A stretch of 63,151 bases of DNA, counting the filler. It is 6 parts of 6 records of this genome, joined end to end, with 100 filler letters (N's around TTAATTAATTAA, not from the genome) between each part and the next. Parts side by side here need not be neighbours in the genome. Positions count along the whole stretch, not along the records: positions 27,378 to 48,710 come from SRR31156797_1293; 5 more parts are not named here. One strand, 5' to 3'. A model generated the notes under the pieces. The model was given only the letters and a program-made list of their open reading frames with translations, was not told the DNA's origin and ran no database searches. Within the stretch, counting starts at the first letter, position 1; every line of letters starts with the position of its first letter. Below are positions 31,914 through 41,953 of this stretch, piece after piece. The translations under genes and the position numbers were made by a program.

Positions 31914-31973
31914 CGTCTTAATTATTCATTTACTTTCAACAGAATAAAAATCAGCCCTATGGAGGCAATAGTT

Positions 31974-32699
31974 TTACTGATGAAAATAGTTGTAGTCTTT
32001 TAATAAATCATTTAAAAATTGCTTGGCCGATCCATTGATTTCAGTGATGTTTAATTTTTGCTTCAGTGCATTTTGCAATTTCACATGCATCGAGTGGTAA
32101 TTGATTTCTGTACCTGTATTATTTCCTTTCTCCACAAAAGTCAACACTTCTTTAATTGTGCTGGCGTCATCATCGTTTAAGAGCTCAGCTTGTTGGTAAA
32201 CCGGCATATAATCCTCCGGTATTTCCATGTAAGTGGTGGAATTTAATAAGTTGTTTTTTGCCAATTTAACCACAGTTGTTCTTGCCGCCAAATCTCCCAA
32301 TCGTTGCGATTTATTACTTACCAAAATACTAATAATGGCTACAGCCCCGGAAAAAAGCGAAATGTCAATCAAACGAAATACCCATCGAAGTATACAGCTG
32401 CCTAAAGTGAGTTCAGAACCATCTAACTTCGCCACCCTAATTTTTAACACCATTTTACCAAATGATTGTCCATTTAAGAATACCTCACAAAGCAAATTAT
32501 AAAACACCACCGGGATATAAAAAATACCATGCCATAAAACTAAGCCCCCTCCTGAATTAGTGAAAATAAGCGCCCAAATTAAGGACCAGGAAGCTAAAAC
32601 AAGCGTATCAAAAGCAAATGCTAAAATACGATCGCCAATACCGGCAATTCTGTATTCTAAATCAATATTCTGGGTGGTTGAAATATTTACATACTCCAT
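31974..32699 (-). CDS. RDD family protein
   Basis: AGIGDRILAFAFD, GQSFGKMVLKIRV, QRLGDLAARTTVV; start MEYVNIST. Confidence 0.92.
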   Translation of the reverse strand: MEYVNISTTQNIDLEYRIAGIGDRILAFAFDTLVLASWSLIWALIFTNSGGGLVLWHGIFYIPVVFYNLLCEVFLNGQSFGKMVLKIRVAKLDGSELTLGSCILRWVFRLIDISLFSGAVAIISILVSNKSQRLGDLAARTTVVKLAKNNLLNSTTYMEIPEDYMPVYQQAELLNDDDASTIKEVLTFVEKGNNTGTEINYHSMHVKLQNALKQKLNITEINGSAKQFLNDLLKDYNYFHQ

Positions 32700-32882
32700 A
32701 GGATAAAACAATTGCTGGGTTATGATTGAAATGATACATACCATACATAATATTTGGGTTTAATAGTATGTAATCAAAATAAAATTATAGTTGTCAAATG
32801 TAACAATTTTACATTGAATAGTTATATTTGATGCTCTGTTGTGAGTAAATACCATTAGTGCAAATAGCTTAACCCTATTGTA

Positions 32883-33878
32883 GTGAAAGAGATTACTTTT
32901 ATAAACCGGAATAAAAAACGCTGGCAAAACTTCGAAGATAAAATGAAGCAAAGCAGTAGTTTAAATCCGGATGAATTGGCCGATCAGTTTATTCAGTTAA
33001 CAGACGATTTGGCCTATGCAAAAACATTCTTTCCTAAATCTGGTATTCTCTCTTATTTAAACTCGCTAACGGTTAAAACTCACACTGAAATCTATAAAAA
33101 CAAAAAGGAAAAATCGAACCGTTTTAAAACCTTTTGGCAAACGGAATTACCTCTTGAGCTTTATCACAGTCGAAAATACTTTATTCTATCTTTTGTAATA
33201 TTTACCATTGCTGCCGTAATTGGTGTTGTATCTGCTTTAAATGACGATAGCTTTTTACGATTAATTTTAGGGGACACTTATGTAAATACAACATTGGATA
33301 ATATTGAAAAAGGTGATCCAATGGGAATTTATGGTAGTGCCGGAGAATTCGAGATGTTTTTCAGGATTACCTCCAATAATATTATGGTATCCTTTATGGC
33401 TTTTGTATTGGGAATGCTTACAGCTATTGGGGTTGGTTTTGTCCTCTTTAAAAATGGAATTATGCTGGGTGCTTTTCAAGCTTTTTTCTACCAAAAGCAA
33501 TTATTTTCGGTTTCTACCTTGGCTATTTATATCCATGGAGCTCTTGAAATACCAGGAATTGTAATTGCCGGAGGAGCAGGAATTATATTGGGAAATAGTT
33601 TTGTCTTTCCCCATACACTTCCCCGGGCAACCTCTTTTGTTAAAGGAGCCAAGCGAGGTTTAAAAATTATGGTTGGTTTAATTCCTGTATTTATGCTAGC
33701 CGGATTTTTGGAAAGTTTTGTTACCCGTCATTATAACACTATTCCGCTATTTATTAATTTAATTATCATATTAGGTTCGTTATTCTTTATTATCTGGTAC
33801 TTTTTTGGATATCCTAATAAGGTATACAAGAGAGTGCTACAAGAAAAAGAACAACAAATGAGCCAGTCATATATTTAA
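32883..33878 (+). CDS. Stage II sporulation protein M (DUF95) family membrane protein
   Basis: DDLAYAKTFFP, NNIMVSF, IHGALEI, FLESFVT. Confidence 0.92.
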   Translation: MKEITFINRNKKRWQNFEDKMKQSSSLNPDELADQFIQLTDDLAYAKTFFPKSGILSYLNSLTVKTHTEIYKNKKEKSNRFKTFWQTELPLELYHSRKYFILSFVIFTIAAVIGVVSALNDDSFLRLILGDTYVNTTLDNIEKGDPMGIYGSAGEFEMFFRITSNNIMVSFMAFVLGMLTAIGVGFVLFKNGIMLGAFQAFFYQKQLFSVSTLAIYIHGALEIPGIVIAGGAGIILGNSFVFPHTLPRATSFVKGAKRGLKIMVGLIPVFMLAGFLESFVTRHYNTIPLFINLIIILGSLFFIIWYFFGYPNKVYKRVLQEKEQQMSQSYI

Positions 33879-33884
33879 TGCTTT

Positions 33885-34763
33885 ATGTTTGAGGAAAAGA
33901 TAGAACTACGTAGAAAAAGAGAGTTCAGCGATGTACTTAATGCATCATTTGGATTTGTTAAGCAGGAGTTTAAAGTTTTAGGAAAAACGCTTTTGTTATA
34001 TGCAGGTATTCCTGTTTTAGTCCAGGCCATTTTAAGTGCATTTTATGTTGATACAACCATCACTGATATTTTTGCAAACTTTGGAAATAACCAGGTGGCA
34101 GTTAATGAATATTCAGGAGGAGCGCAAGGAAAAGCCTTGTTGTTTAATTTAATTAATATGGTGGTTACTGTCTTTTTAACAGGAATCGCATACTGCTACA
34201 TTGTTTTGTATAAAGAAAAGGGATCAGGTAATATCGAACCTAAAGAAGTTTGGAATAAGTTTACTGAATACTTTTTGTCTTTTATTGGATTTAGTATTCT
34301 AAAAGGTATTGTTATTATACTCGCTCTTATAGCTCTTATTATTCCTGGTATTTATGTTTTTGTACCGCTTTCAATGATTTTAATTATAAAAGTAGAAGAA
34401 AATAAAGGTTTTAGCGATTCATTTTCAAGATGCTTTTATTTGGTAAAAAACCATTGGTGGGAAACCTTTGGATTAATGATTATTGCTGGAATTATTGTGA
34501 TTATAACTTCAATGGTCTTTGCCATTCCGGCAACTGCATTAGGAATAGCAGAATCTACTATTTTGCAAAACGGACAAGGCTTGAATACTGTACCTATTGT
34601 TATAACTACATTGATCTCAACAATAGGAACAGCAGCCATTACTCCATTGCCAGCCATTATTTATGCTTTTCAATATTATAGTTTGGTAGAGCATAAAGAC
34701 AATTTATCGTTATACGACAAAATAAACAAGATTAACGAAGAGCCAGAAGAAGAGAATGAGTAA
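33885..34763 (+). CDS. Multi-pass membrane protein of the MoxR cluster
   Basis: IELRRKREFSDVL start; several TM segments; SRCFYLVKNHWW. Confidence 0.8.
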   Translation: MFEEKIELRRKREFSDVLNASFGFVKQEFKVLGKTLLLYAGIPVLVQAILSAFYVDTTITDIFANFGNNQVAVNEYSGGAQGKALLFNLINMVVTVFLTGIAYCYIVLYKEKGSGNIEPKEVWNKFTEYFLSFIGFSILKGIVIILALIALIIPGIYVFVPLSMILIIKVEENKGFSDSFSRCFYLVKNHWWETFGLMIIAGIIVIITSMVFAIPATALGIAESTILQNGQGLNTVPIVITTLISTIGTAAITPLPAIIYAFQYYSLVEHKDNLSLYDKINKINEEPEEENE

Positions 34764-35493
34764 AAAACTTTTTTATACGCTTTTATTATTTCAGCTGCTT
34801 TTACTTTGCGATTTGAGTAGTGTTTTGGCGCAGGATTCAACTAAGGTAGATGCCTGGGATCGCTCTGCAGTTGACTATCGACCTGCTTCTGTTGAAAGAA
34901 TGGAGGCGTATAAAAACATGGCTAAATACAGGTATGATCGTTTTGAACAACCTGAATCGTTGTGGGATAAAATTAAACGCTGGATTCTGTCTAAAATTAT
35001 GAATTCAGGTATCAGTAGCAACGTAATTATGTATATCCTCATCGGAATTTCTGTTCTGATTCTGCTCTTTATCATTCTTAAACTAATTGGCGTTAATATT
35101 ACCGGCTTGTTCATTTTCACGCGAGATACACAGGTTACCAATTTAAATTTTAAGGCAGGGCACGAGGATATTTATCAGGAAGACCTGGAATCTATTTTAA
35201 AAGTTGCTATTAAAAATAAAGCTTACCGCGAGGCTGTAAGGATTATGTATTTACTGTGTTTGCGTCAGTTGGATAGTAATGCGTGTATCGATTGGAAACC
35301 CTGGAAAACAAATAAAGATTATTACTACGAAATAAAAGATCAAAAGCATAAGGAACTGTTTAAAGAATTAGTCTTAAGCTACGAATATGTGTGGTATGGC
35401 CAGTTTAAGGTAAAAGATGAGCACTTTGATATTGTACAAAGCGAATTTAGCTCCTTTAATGATGTAATTGGGCAATCCAAAAAATCGGCATAA
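34756..35493 (+). CDS. DUF4129 domain protein
   Basis: YREAVRIMYL, WKTNKDY, YEYVWYG. Confidence 0.85.
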   Translation: MSKKLFYTLLLFQLLLLCDLSSVLAQDSTKVDAWDRSAVDYRPASVERMEAYKNMAKYRYDRFEQPESLWDKIKRWILSKIMNSGISSNVIMYILIGISVLILLFIILKLIGVNITGLFIFTRDTQVTNLNFKAGHEDIYQEDLESILKVAIKNKAYREAVRIMYLLCLRQLDSNACIDWKPWKTNKDYYYEIKDQKHKELFKELVLSYEYVWYGQFKVKDEHFDIVQSEFSSFNDVIGQSKKSA

Positions 35494-35495
35494 TA

Positions 35496-36701
35496 ATGGC
35501 AAAAAGCATCGAAAATAAATATCTGATTTTTGGATTGACTGCAGCCTTTGTATTGTATCTGGCTGTTCTGATTCTAAGTCCCGAGCCTATAGATTGGGGA
35601 TTGAGTTTTTCAAAGAACGATGATATTCCGTTTGGCAATAAAATCCTGTACGATGAGTTGCCACAGCTTTTCCCTGAAGATCAGATTAAAACCACGCATT
35701 CTCCGATTTTAAATTTCCTGGATCATGTTCAGCCGGAAAATACAGGAATAATCTATATCAATACCGAAATGAAACCGGATGATTTGGATTTAGGAAAAAT
35801 ACTCGACTTAGTTAATGCCGGAAATCAGGTGTTTATTGCGGCCATCAACTTCTCTCCAAATCTAAAAGATACATTGGGGTTCGAAATTGAGGAAAGCATT
35901 GGCTTTAATTTTAGTCAGGACAAAAAGGCAATATTGAAATTGGTAAATCCTAAACTAAAAACGCCTTGGGGATACACCTACAAAAAAGCCTATCATAAAG
36001 TCAGCTTTTTATCTTACGATACACTCAAAACAACGGTACTCGGTATTGATGAGATGGCGAAAACTAATTTTGTAAGAATTAAATATGGCGATGGTTATTT
36101 CTATATCAATCTGAATCCATTGGCCTTTACCAACTATAATTTATTGATTGATGAGAATTATGAATATGCTTTCAAATGCTTGTCGTACCTTCCTCGCCAA
36201 TCAGTAATATGGGACGAATATTACAAGCAAAAACCTATGGCTTCGGGATCTGAATTCCGATATATTTTATCGCAAAAAGCCTTAAGAAATGCCTGGTATA
36301 TTTTGTTCTTTGGTGCACTTATCTATATGATTTTTGGCGCTAAACGAAGACAGCGAAAGATTCCGGTTGTTGTACCTCCTGAAAATACTACGCTCACCTT
36401 TATAGAAACCATTGGAAGGTTGTATTTCAGAAAGAGAAACCATCTGGATATTGCGCAAAAGAAATATACTTATTTTCTGGAATTTCTAAGAACGAAATAT
36501 TATATCAACACGGCTGTTATTAATGATGATATGTATCATGAAATTGAGGAAAAATGTGAAATCCCTTACAGAACCATTAAGCAGTTGTTTGATATTGCTG
36601 AGAAATTAAAGAAAGTAACCCAAATATCCGAAGAGGACTTGGAACAGTTCAATAAAAAGATTGAGTTCTTTTATTCAAAATGTAAATCATCAAAAAAATA
36701 A
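35496..36701 (+). CDS. DUF4350 domain protein
   Basis: DW..SFSKNDDIPFG, PLAFTNY, KRRQRKIP, FIETIGRLY. Confidence 0.85.
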   Translation: MAKSIENKYLIFGLTAAFVLYLAVLILSPEPIDWGLSFSKNDDIPFGNKILYDELPQLFPEDQIKTTHSPILNFLDHVQPENTGIIYINTEMKPDDLDLGKILDLVNAGNQVFIAAINFSPNLKDTLGFEIEESIGFNFSQDKKAILKLVNPKLKTPWGYTYKKAYHKVSFLSYDTLKTTVLGIDEMAKTNFVRIKYGDGYFYINLNPLAFTNYNLLIDENYEYAFKCLSYLPRQSVIWDEYYKQKPMASGSEFRYILSQKALRNAWYILFFGALIYMIFGAKRRQRKIPVVVPPENTTLTFIETIGRLYFRKRNHLDIAQKKYTYFLEFLRTKYYINTAVINDDMYHEIEEKCEIPYRTIKQLFDIAEKLKKVTQISEEDLEQFNKKIEFFYSKCKSSKK

Positions 36702-36711
36702 GAAACAAGAT

Positions 36712-37692
36712 ATGGAGAATCAGGTACCGTTTGAAAATCGTATCAACCTGGAAGAACTAAACCGGGCGGCTTACCAAATAAAAAACGAAATAGCAAAGGT
36801 TATTGTTGGTCAGGAAAAAATCGTTGATTTAATGCTGACGGCTTTATTAGCTAACGGTCATATTTTGCTCGAAGGTGTTCCGGGTGTGGCTAAAACTATG
36901 CTTTCAAAGCTGATTTCCAAAAGTATTTCCACTCAATTTAGTCGTATCCAGTTTACGCCGGATCTAATGCCGTCGGATGTATTGGGAACGACCATTTTTA
37001 ATGTGGGTAAATCTGCATTTGAGTTTAAGTCGGGTCCAATATTTTCAAACCTTGTTTTAATTGATGAAATAAACAGAGCTCCGGCTAAAACACAAGCCGC
37101 CTTATTTGAGGTAATGGAAGAACGTCAGGTTACGATTGATGGAGAATGCTATCCAATGAACGCTCCATTTATTGTGTTTGCCACCCAAAATCCAGTGGAG
37201 CATGAAGGAACTTATCGTTTACCGGAAGCACAACTTGATCGCTTTTTATTTAAGATTGAATTGGACTATCCTTCACTGGAAGAAGAAGTTCAGATCTTAT
37301 CCAACGCACAGGAACGTGAGGATAAAAATGAATTATCGGAAGTAAACCCTGTAATTTCGGCAGAACAAATTGTGGTTTTGCAACAAACGGTTAAAAAGGT
37401 GTTGGTTGAGCAGGACTTGATTAGATACATTGCTCAAATTGTAGAGAAAACACGAAAATCCAACGCCCTGTTTTTAGGAGGTAGTCCAAGGGCTTCGTTG
37501 GCTGTGCTAAATGCAGCCAAAGCTTATGCTGCTATTGAAGGACGTGATTTTGTAACTCCGGAAGATATTAAATTCGTGGTTATCCCAGTGTTAACACATC
37601 GCGTAATTTTAACGCCGGAAAAAGAAATGGAGGGTGTAAAAACCAATACGGTTATTCAACAAATTGTTGACTCTGTTGAAATTCCTCGCTAG
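36712..37692 (+). CDS. MoxR family AAA+ ATPase
   Basis: LEGVPGVAKT, RIQFTPDLMPSD, DEINRAPAKTQ, ATQNP, LPEAQLDRF; start MENQ at 36712. Confidence 0.95.
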   Translation: MENQVPFENRINLEELNRAAYQIKNEIAKVIVGQEKIVDLMLTALLANGHILLEGVPGVAKTMLSKLISKSISTQFSRIQFTPDLMPSDVLGTTIFNVGKSAFEFKSGPIFSNLVLIDEINRAPAKTQAALFEVMEERQVTIDGECYPMNAPFIVFATQNPVEHEGTYRLPEAQLDRFLFKIELDYPSLEEEVQILSNAQEREDKNELSEVNPVISAEQIVVLQQTVKKVLVEQDLIRYIAQIVEKTRKSNALFLGGSPRASLAVLNAAKAYAAIEGRDFVTPEDIKFVVIPVLTHRVILTPEKEMEGVKTNTVIQQIVDSVEIPR

Positions 37693-37727
37693 ATAAATCT
37701 TGTTAGTTTTAATCGATTATTGCTGTA

Positions 37728-39068
37728 ATGCGTAAATTCTGGAAATCGCTTTTTTTAACTCATCGTTTTTTTGCTGCTTTGGCCATTGTCGTTGTATTGA
37801 TGGTTCTTGGGCAATTCTACGATATGTTTTTTGTGGCCGGACAGTTGCTTTTTTCTTTAGTCATTTTGCTATTCGTGGTGGATGGTATTTTATTGTATAC
37901 AGGAAAAAGCAGCAACAGATTATTGGCCAAAAGAATATTGCCTGAACGTTTTTCAAATGGTGATCAGAATGAAGTACGATTGACATTTAAAAGCAAGTTT
38001 CCTTTTAAAGCTTTTCTTACTTTGATTGATGAAGTTCCGGTACAATTTCAAAAAAGAGATTTTAACGAGAAATTTATTTTAAGTTCTGGAGAAGAAAAGG
38101 AATTTACTTACCAGTTGCGCCCTGTAAAACGCGGAGAATATCAATTTGGCGCTTTAAATATTTTTGCGCGCTCGCCAATTGCTTTTATTTCCCGCAGATA
38201 TATTTATAATCAGGATGCAATGGTGAAGGTGTACCCGAGCTTTATTGAAATGCGAAAGTTTGAATTAATGGCGATTTCAAACCGACTAACAGAGATTGGG
38301 GTAAAGAAAATAAGAAAGGTGGGTCACCAGATGGAGTTTGACCAGATTCGGGATTATATTAACGGCGATGATTACAGAACCATAAACTGGAAGGCGACTG
38401 CCCGAAAGGGACACCTGATGGTTAATCAATACCAGGACGAAAAATCACAGCAGGTTTTTAGTTTAATTGATATGGGGCGAAGTATGAAAATGCCTTTCAA
38501 TGGTATGACTTTGTTGGATTATGCTATTAATACTTCGTTGGTAATTTCCAATATTGCCATGCTCAAACACGATAAAGCCGGACTGTTTACTTACAGCAAT
38601 AAAATTCATAACATGGTTCCGGCTGCCCGAAACGGAAGGCATTTGCAATCGGTTATGGAAGTGTTGTACAATCAGGAAACCGGTTTTTTGGAGCAGAATC
38701 TTGAATTACTTTATGCTACGATTAAGCAAAAAGTACATCATAGAAGTTTGCTGATGTTGTATACCAATTTCGAGAGTCTGAGTTCTGCCCGCAGGCAAAT
38801 TCCTTTTTTACAGAGTTTGGCAAAAAACCATTTGTTGGTTGTGGTGTTTTTTGAAAATACGGAAGTATCAAAACTAACTGAAAAGAATACGGAGAGCATA
38901 GAAGATATCTACATTAAAACCATAGCCGAAAAGTTTACTTTTGATAAAAAATTGATCATTCACGAATTGCAACATCACGGTATCCATGCTATTTTAAGTG
39001 CTCCCGGTGAACTAACCGTAAATACAGTTAATAAGTACCTTGAAATAAAATCCAGAGGTTTGTTATAA
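37728..39068 (+). CDS. DUF58 (vWA-like) protein
   Basis: EFDQIRDYINGDDYRTINWKATAR, DMGRSM. Confidence 0.92.
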   Translation: MRKFWKSLFLTHRFFAALAIVVVLMVLGQFYDMFFVAGQLLFSLVILLFVVDGILLYTGKSSNRLLAKRILPERFSNGDQNEVRLTFKSKFPFKAFLTLIDEVPVQFQKRDFNEKFILSSGEEKEFTYQLRPVKRGEYQFGALNIFARSPIAFISRRYIYNQDAMVKVYPSFIEMRKFELMAISNRLTEIGVKKIRKVGHQMEFDQIRDYINGDDYRTINWKATARKGHLMVNQYQDEKSQQVFSLIDMGRSMKMPFNGMTLLDYAINTSLVISNIAMLKHDKAGLFTYSNKIHNMVPAARNGRHLQSVMEVLYNQETGFLEQNLELLYATIKQKVHHRSLLMLYTNFESLSSARRQIPFLQSLAKNHLLVVVFFENTEVSKLTEKNTESIEDIYIKTIAEKFTFDKKLIIHELQHHGIHAILSAPGELTVNTVNKYLEIKSRGLL

Positions 39069-39099
39069 AACCACAACGCCTATTTATTGTTTATCCTGT

Positions 39100-39672
39100 A
39101 TGAATTCTACTAAGCTACATATTAAAAACATGGTCTGTAATCGCTGCATTAAAGTGATTAAGGATGAATTTGCGCTTTTAAATCTGGAAATTGAAGAGAT
39201 TGAATTAGGCAGCGTTAAAGTGTCCGGTGATTTGGAGATAGGTAGAATAGATGAAATACGAAAGGTGCTTCATGAAAATGGCTTTGAATTAATTGATGAC
39301 AAAAAGAGCCAGGTAATTGACCGAATTAAAACACTAATCATCGAAAAGATTCATCACTCGAATCAGATTGATGAAAAAATAAATAGCTCCGATTATCTCT
39401 CTAAAGAATTAGGATATGATTATTCTTATCTCAGCAATTTGTTTTCATCGGTAGAAGGCATTACCATTGAAAAATACATTATTCATCAGAAAATAGAAAA
39501 AGTAAAAGAACTGTTGGTTTATGATGAATTGTCTCTAAATGAAATTGCTTTTCAAATGGGATATAGTAGCGCACAGCACTTATCAAATCAATTTAAAAAA
39601 ATAACCGGCTTAACGCCTTCCCACTTTAAAAAGTTAAAAGAGAACAAACGGAAACCGCTGGATGAAGTGTAA
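39100..39672 (+). CDS. AraC family regulator with N-terminal metal-binding (HMA-like) CxxC
   Basis: IKNMVCNRC; YSYLSNLFS, LSLNEIAFQMGYSS.QHLSNQFKK.TG. Confidence 0.92.
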   Translation: MNSTKLHIKNMVCNRCIKVIKDEFALLNLEIEEIELGSVKVSGDLEIGRIDEIRKVLHENGFELIDDKKSQVIDRIKTLIIEKIHHSNQIDEKINSSDYLSKELGYDYSYLSNLFSSVEGITIEKYIIHQKIEKVKELLVYDELSLNEIAFQMGYSSAQHLSNQFKKITGLTPSHFKKLKENKRKPLDEV

Positions 39673-39738
39673 TCCAAAAATGATATAATTCTTTTCCATA
39701 AAGATGTAAACTTTATAAGCACAATCGCCTTTACTTTG
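39671..39738 (+). promoter_or_regulatory. Putative AraC-activated promoter, copy A
   Basis: 39671-39710 is 31/40 identical to 47872-47911; TTTG -7-like element ends 28 nt downstream in both copies. Confidence 0.6.
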
Positions 39739-39757
39739 TATTGTTCAGTTATTAAAG

Positions 39758-39786
39758 CTTTTCCAAAGTTTGAAACTTTGGAAAAG
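39758..39786. repeat. Perfect palindrome (REP-like)
   Basis: CTTTTCCAAAGTTT-G-AAACTTTGGAAAAG. Confidence 0.75.
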
Positions 39787-39807
39787 ATAAAAAATACAAC
39801 TATAACA

Positions 39808-41064
39808 ATGGAAGTAAAAGATTTTATATTGACTTTTTTAGGGGACTTTGTCAGTATTTTAAGCGAAATGGCACCCTATCTTTTATTAGGATTCTTTTTT
39901 GCCGGATTATTACATGCCTTTATTCCTCAACAAAAAATAGAAAAGTACTTTAACGGTGGTTCGCTGCGTTCTTCGTTTTTGGCATCCCTGTTTGGAATTC
40001 CATTGCCTTTATGCTCATGTGGTGTTATACCAACAGGTACCGCTTTTTACAAAAATGGTGCATCTAAAGGAGGAACAGTTTCGTTTTTAATTTCCACACC
40101 ACAAACCGGTGTAGATTCTATTCTCGCTACTTTCTCGTTAATGGGTTTACCTTTTGCCATTGTCAGACCATTGGCTGCTTTAGTTACAGGGATCTCGGGT
40201 GGATTAATTACAAGTAGAATCACCAAAAATGAACCCATTGAAAAAGCGCATCATCAGGATAAACCTGACAAAAAGAATCTGAAACAGAAAATTGCTGATG
40301 TTTTTAATTATGGCTTCGTGGTTTTTATTCAGGATATATCAAAATGGTTAGTTATAGGCTTGGTGTTGGCGGCCATTATTTCAGCCTTAATTCCCAACGA
40401 CTTTTTTGAACTGTTGAATCTGCCACCGATATTACAGATGTTGTTGATACTGGTTGTTTCCATTCCTTTATACATTTGTGCAACCGGATCTATTCCCTTA
40501 GCTGCCATTCTTATTTTGAAAGGTATTAGTCCCGGAGCTGCATTTGTATTGTTAATGGCTGGTCCGGCAACTAACGCAGCTACCATAACCATGATAGGGA
40601 AAGTACTCGGTAAAAAAAGTTTAATGGCCTATCTGGGAACCATTATAGCAGGAGCCTTAATAACCGGCGTACTGATTGATTATGTTTTACCTATTGAGTG
40701 GTTTACACAGACCATTACTCAGCATATTAGTCACCAACATCATATGCCATTAAACTGGTGGCAGATTGCTTCAGGTGTTGCTCTGCTATTATTAATATTA
40801 AACGGCTACATTCAAAATCATTTACAAACAAAACAATCAGATAACAAACAAATAATAACAGATATGGAAGTAAAAGTATTAAGAGTAGATGGGATGACCT
40901 GCAATCATTGCAAGGCCAATGTAGAAACAAACCTGGAGAAACTGGCCTTTATTGAAAGTGCTAAAGTAGATTTAGGTGAAAAAACCGTAACGCTTTCCGG
41001 TAACGAAATTAATGAAGATGAAGCCAAGGCTTTGATTAATTCATTAGGATATAAGAGTCTGTAA
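39808..41064 (+). CDS. DUF318/ArsP-like permease with C-terminal HMA domain (SO_0444-type metal transporter)
   Basis: PLPLCSCGVIP, PLYICATGSIP, GPATN, GMTCNHC; start MEVKDF. Confidence 0.92.
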   Translation: MEVKDFILTFLGDFVSILSEMAPYLLLGFFFAGLLHAFIPQQKIEKYFNGGSLRSSFLASLFGIPLPLCSCGVIPTGTAFYKNGASKGGTVSFLISTPQTGVDSILATFSLMGLPFAIVRPLAALVTGISGGLITSRITKNEPIEKAHHQDKPDKKNLKQKIADVFNYGFVVFIQDISKWLVIGLVLAAIISALIPNDFFELLNLPPILQMLLILVVSIPLYICATGSIPLAAILILKGISPGAAFVLLMAGPATNAATITMIGKVLGKKSLMAYLGTIIAGALITGVLIDYVLPIEWFTQTITQHISHQHHMPLNWWQIASGVALLLLILNGYIQNHLQTKQSDNKQIITDMEVKVLRVDGMTCNHCKANVETNLEKLAFIESAKVDLGEKTVTLSGNEINEDEAKALINSLGYKSL

Positions 41065-41077
41065 TTTCTGGTTATCG

Positions 41078-41335
41078 ATGAAAACCTTTGAATTTAAAAA
41101 GCTCGAAATTCAGCATAAAGAAAGCTGGGTAAAGCGAAAACTGTTTAATCAACATGTTAAAAGAACATTGATGCTAGCCGCTATTGGAGCAATAGCTGCT
41201 TATGCTATTTTCTATTTTTCGCAGGGAGCAGGAACAAAAGTATTCTGGAATGAAGATGCTTTTAATCATGTATTAATGGGACTGGGATTGGGAGTTTTTA
41301 TTACCAATAGTCCTTGTGCTCGGGGAAGATGCTAA
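41078..41335 (+). CDS. Small 2-TM protein ending PCARGRC
   Basis: Two hydrophobic segments and a C-terminal Cys pair; directly follows the permease. Confidence 0.7.
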   Translation: MKTFEFKKLEIQHKESWVKRKLFNQHVKRTLMLAAIGAIAAYAIFYFSQGAGTKVFWNEDAFNHVLMGLGLGVFITNSPCARGRC

Positions 41336-41476
41336 AAAATATACTTTAGTAAGATTTCAAGACCTAACCTTATTTATACATCCTCCCCAATACTTCAAAG
41401 ACTTAATCCACAACTTTATTTTGTCATAAAATGGATGCAACATGGTGAAATGATGCAAATAATGTCGTCTTGTACT

Positions 41477-41544
41477 AAATGACTATATAAATAGTCATTT
41501 AATCACAAAATTGATTGATGACTATAAAAATAGTCATATATTTG
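41477..41544 (+). promoter_or_regulatory. Two BlaI-type operators and a Bacteroidota -7 element
   Basis: ATGACTAT-N4-ATAGTCAT palindromes at 41479-41498 and 41518-41537; TATATTTG at 41537-41544. Confidence 0.8.
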
Positions 41545-41577
41545 TATCGAAGGATTGACAATTAATACGCTATCGAT

Positions 41578-41943
41578 ATGAATTTGACAAAAGGAGAAGA
41601 GCAAGTAATGAAATACTTATGGCAATTAGGCGAAGGCATTGTAAAGGATATTAGAAATTGCTTTGAAGAACCTAAACCTGCCAGAAATACTGTTTCTACA
41701 GTGCTTCGCGTATTGGAGAAAAAGAATTTTGTATCTCATAAAACATATGGAAATGTTCATGTTTACTATCCTTTAGTATCAAAAGAAGAATACTCCAAGA
41801 GCCAACTCTTTGGCCTGATGAAAGAATACTTTAACAATTCGTTTCCTGCATTAGCTAGCTTTTTTGCAAAAGAAAAAGATTTATCTATTCAGGAATTAGA
41901 GGCTTTGATGGAAGAAACTAAAAAAGAGTTATCAAAAGAATAA
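41578..41943 (+). CDS. BlaI/MecI/CopY family repressor
   Basis: LTKGEEQVMKYLW, NTVSTVLRVLEKK, YYPLVSKEEY. Confidence 0.94.
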   Translation: MNLTKGEEQVMKYLWQLGEGIVKDIRNCFEEPKPARNTVSTVLRVLEKKNFVSHKTYGNVHVYYPLVSKEEYSKSQLFGLMKEYFNNSFPALASFFAKEKDLSIQELEALMEETKKELSKE

Positions 41944-41953
41944 TGGATATACT

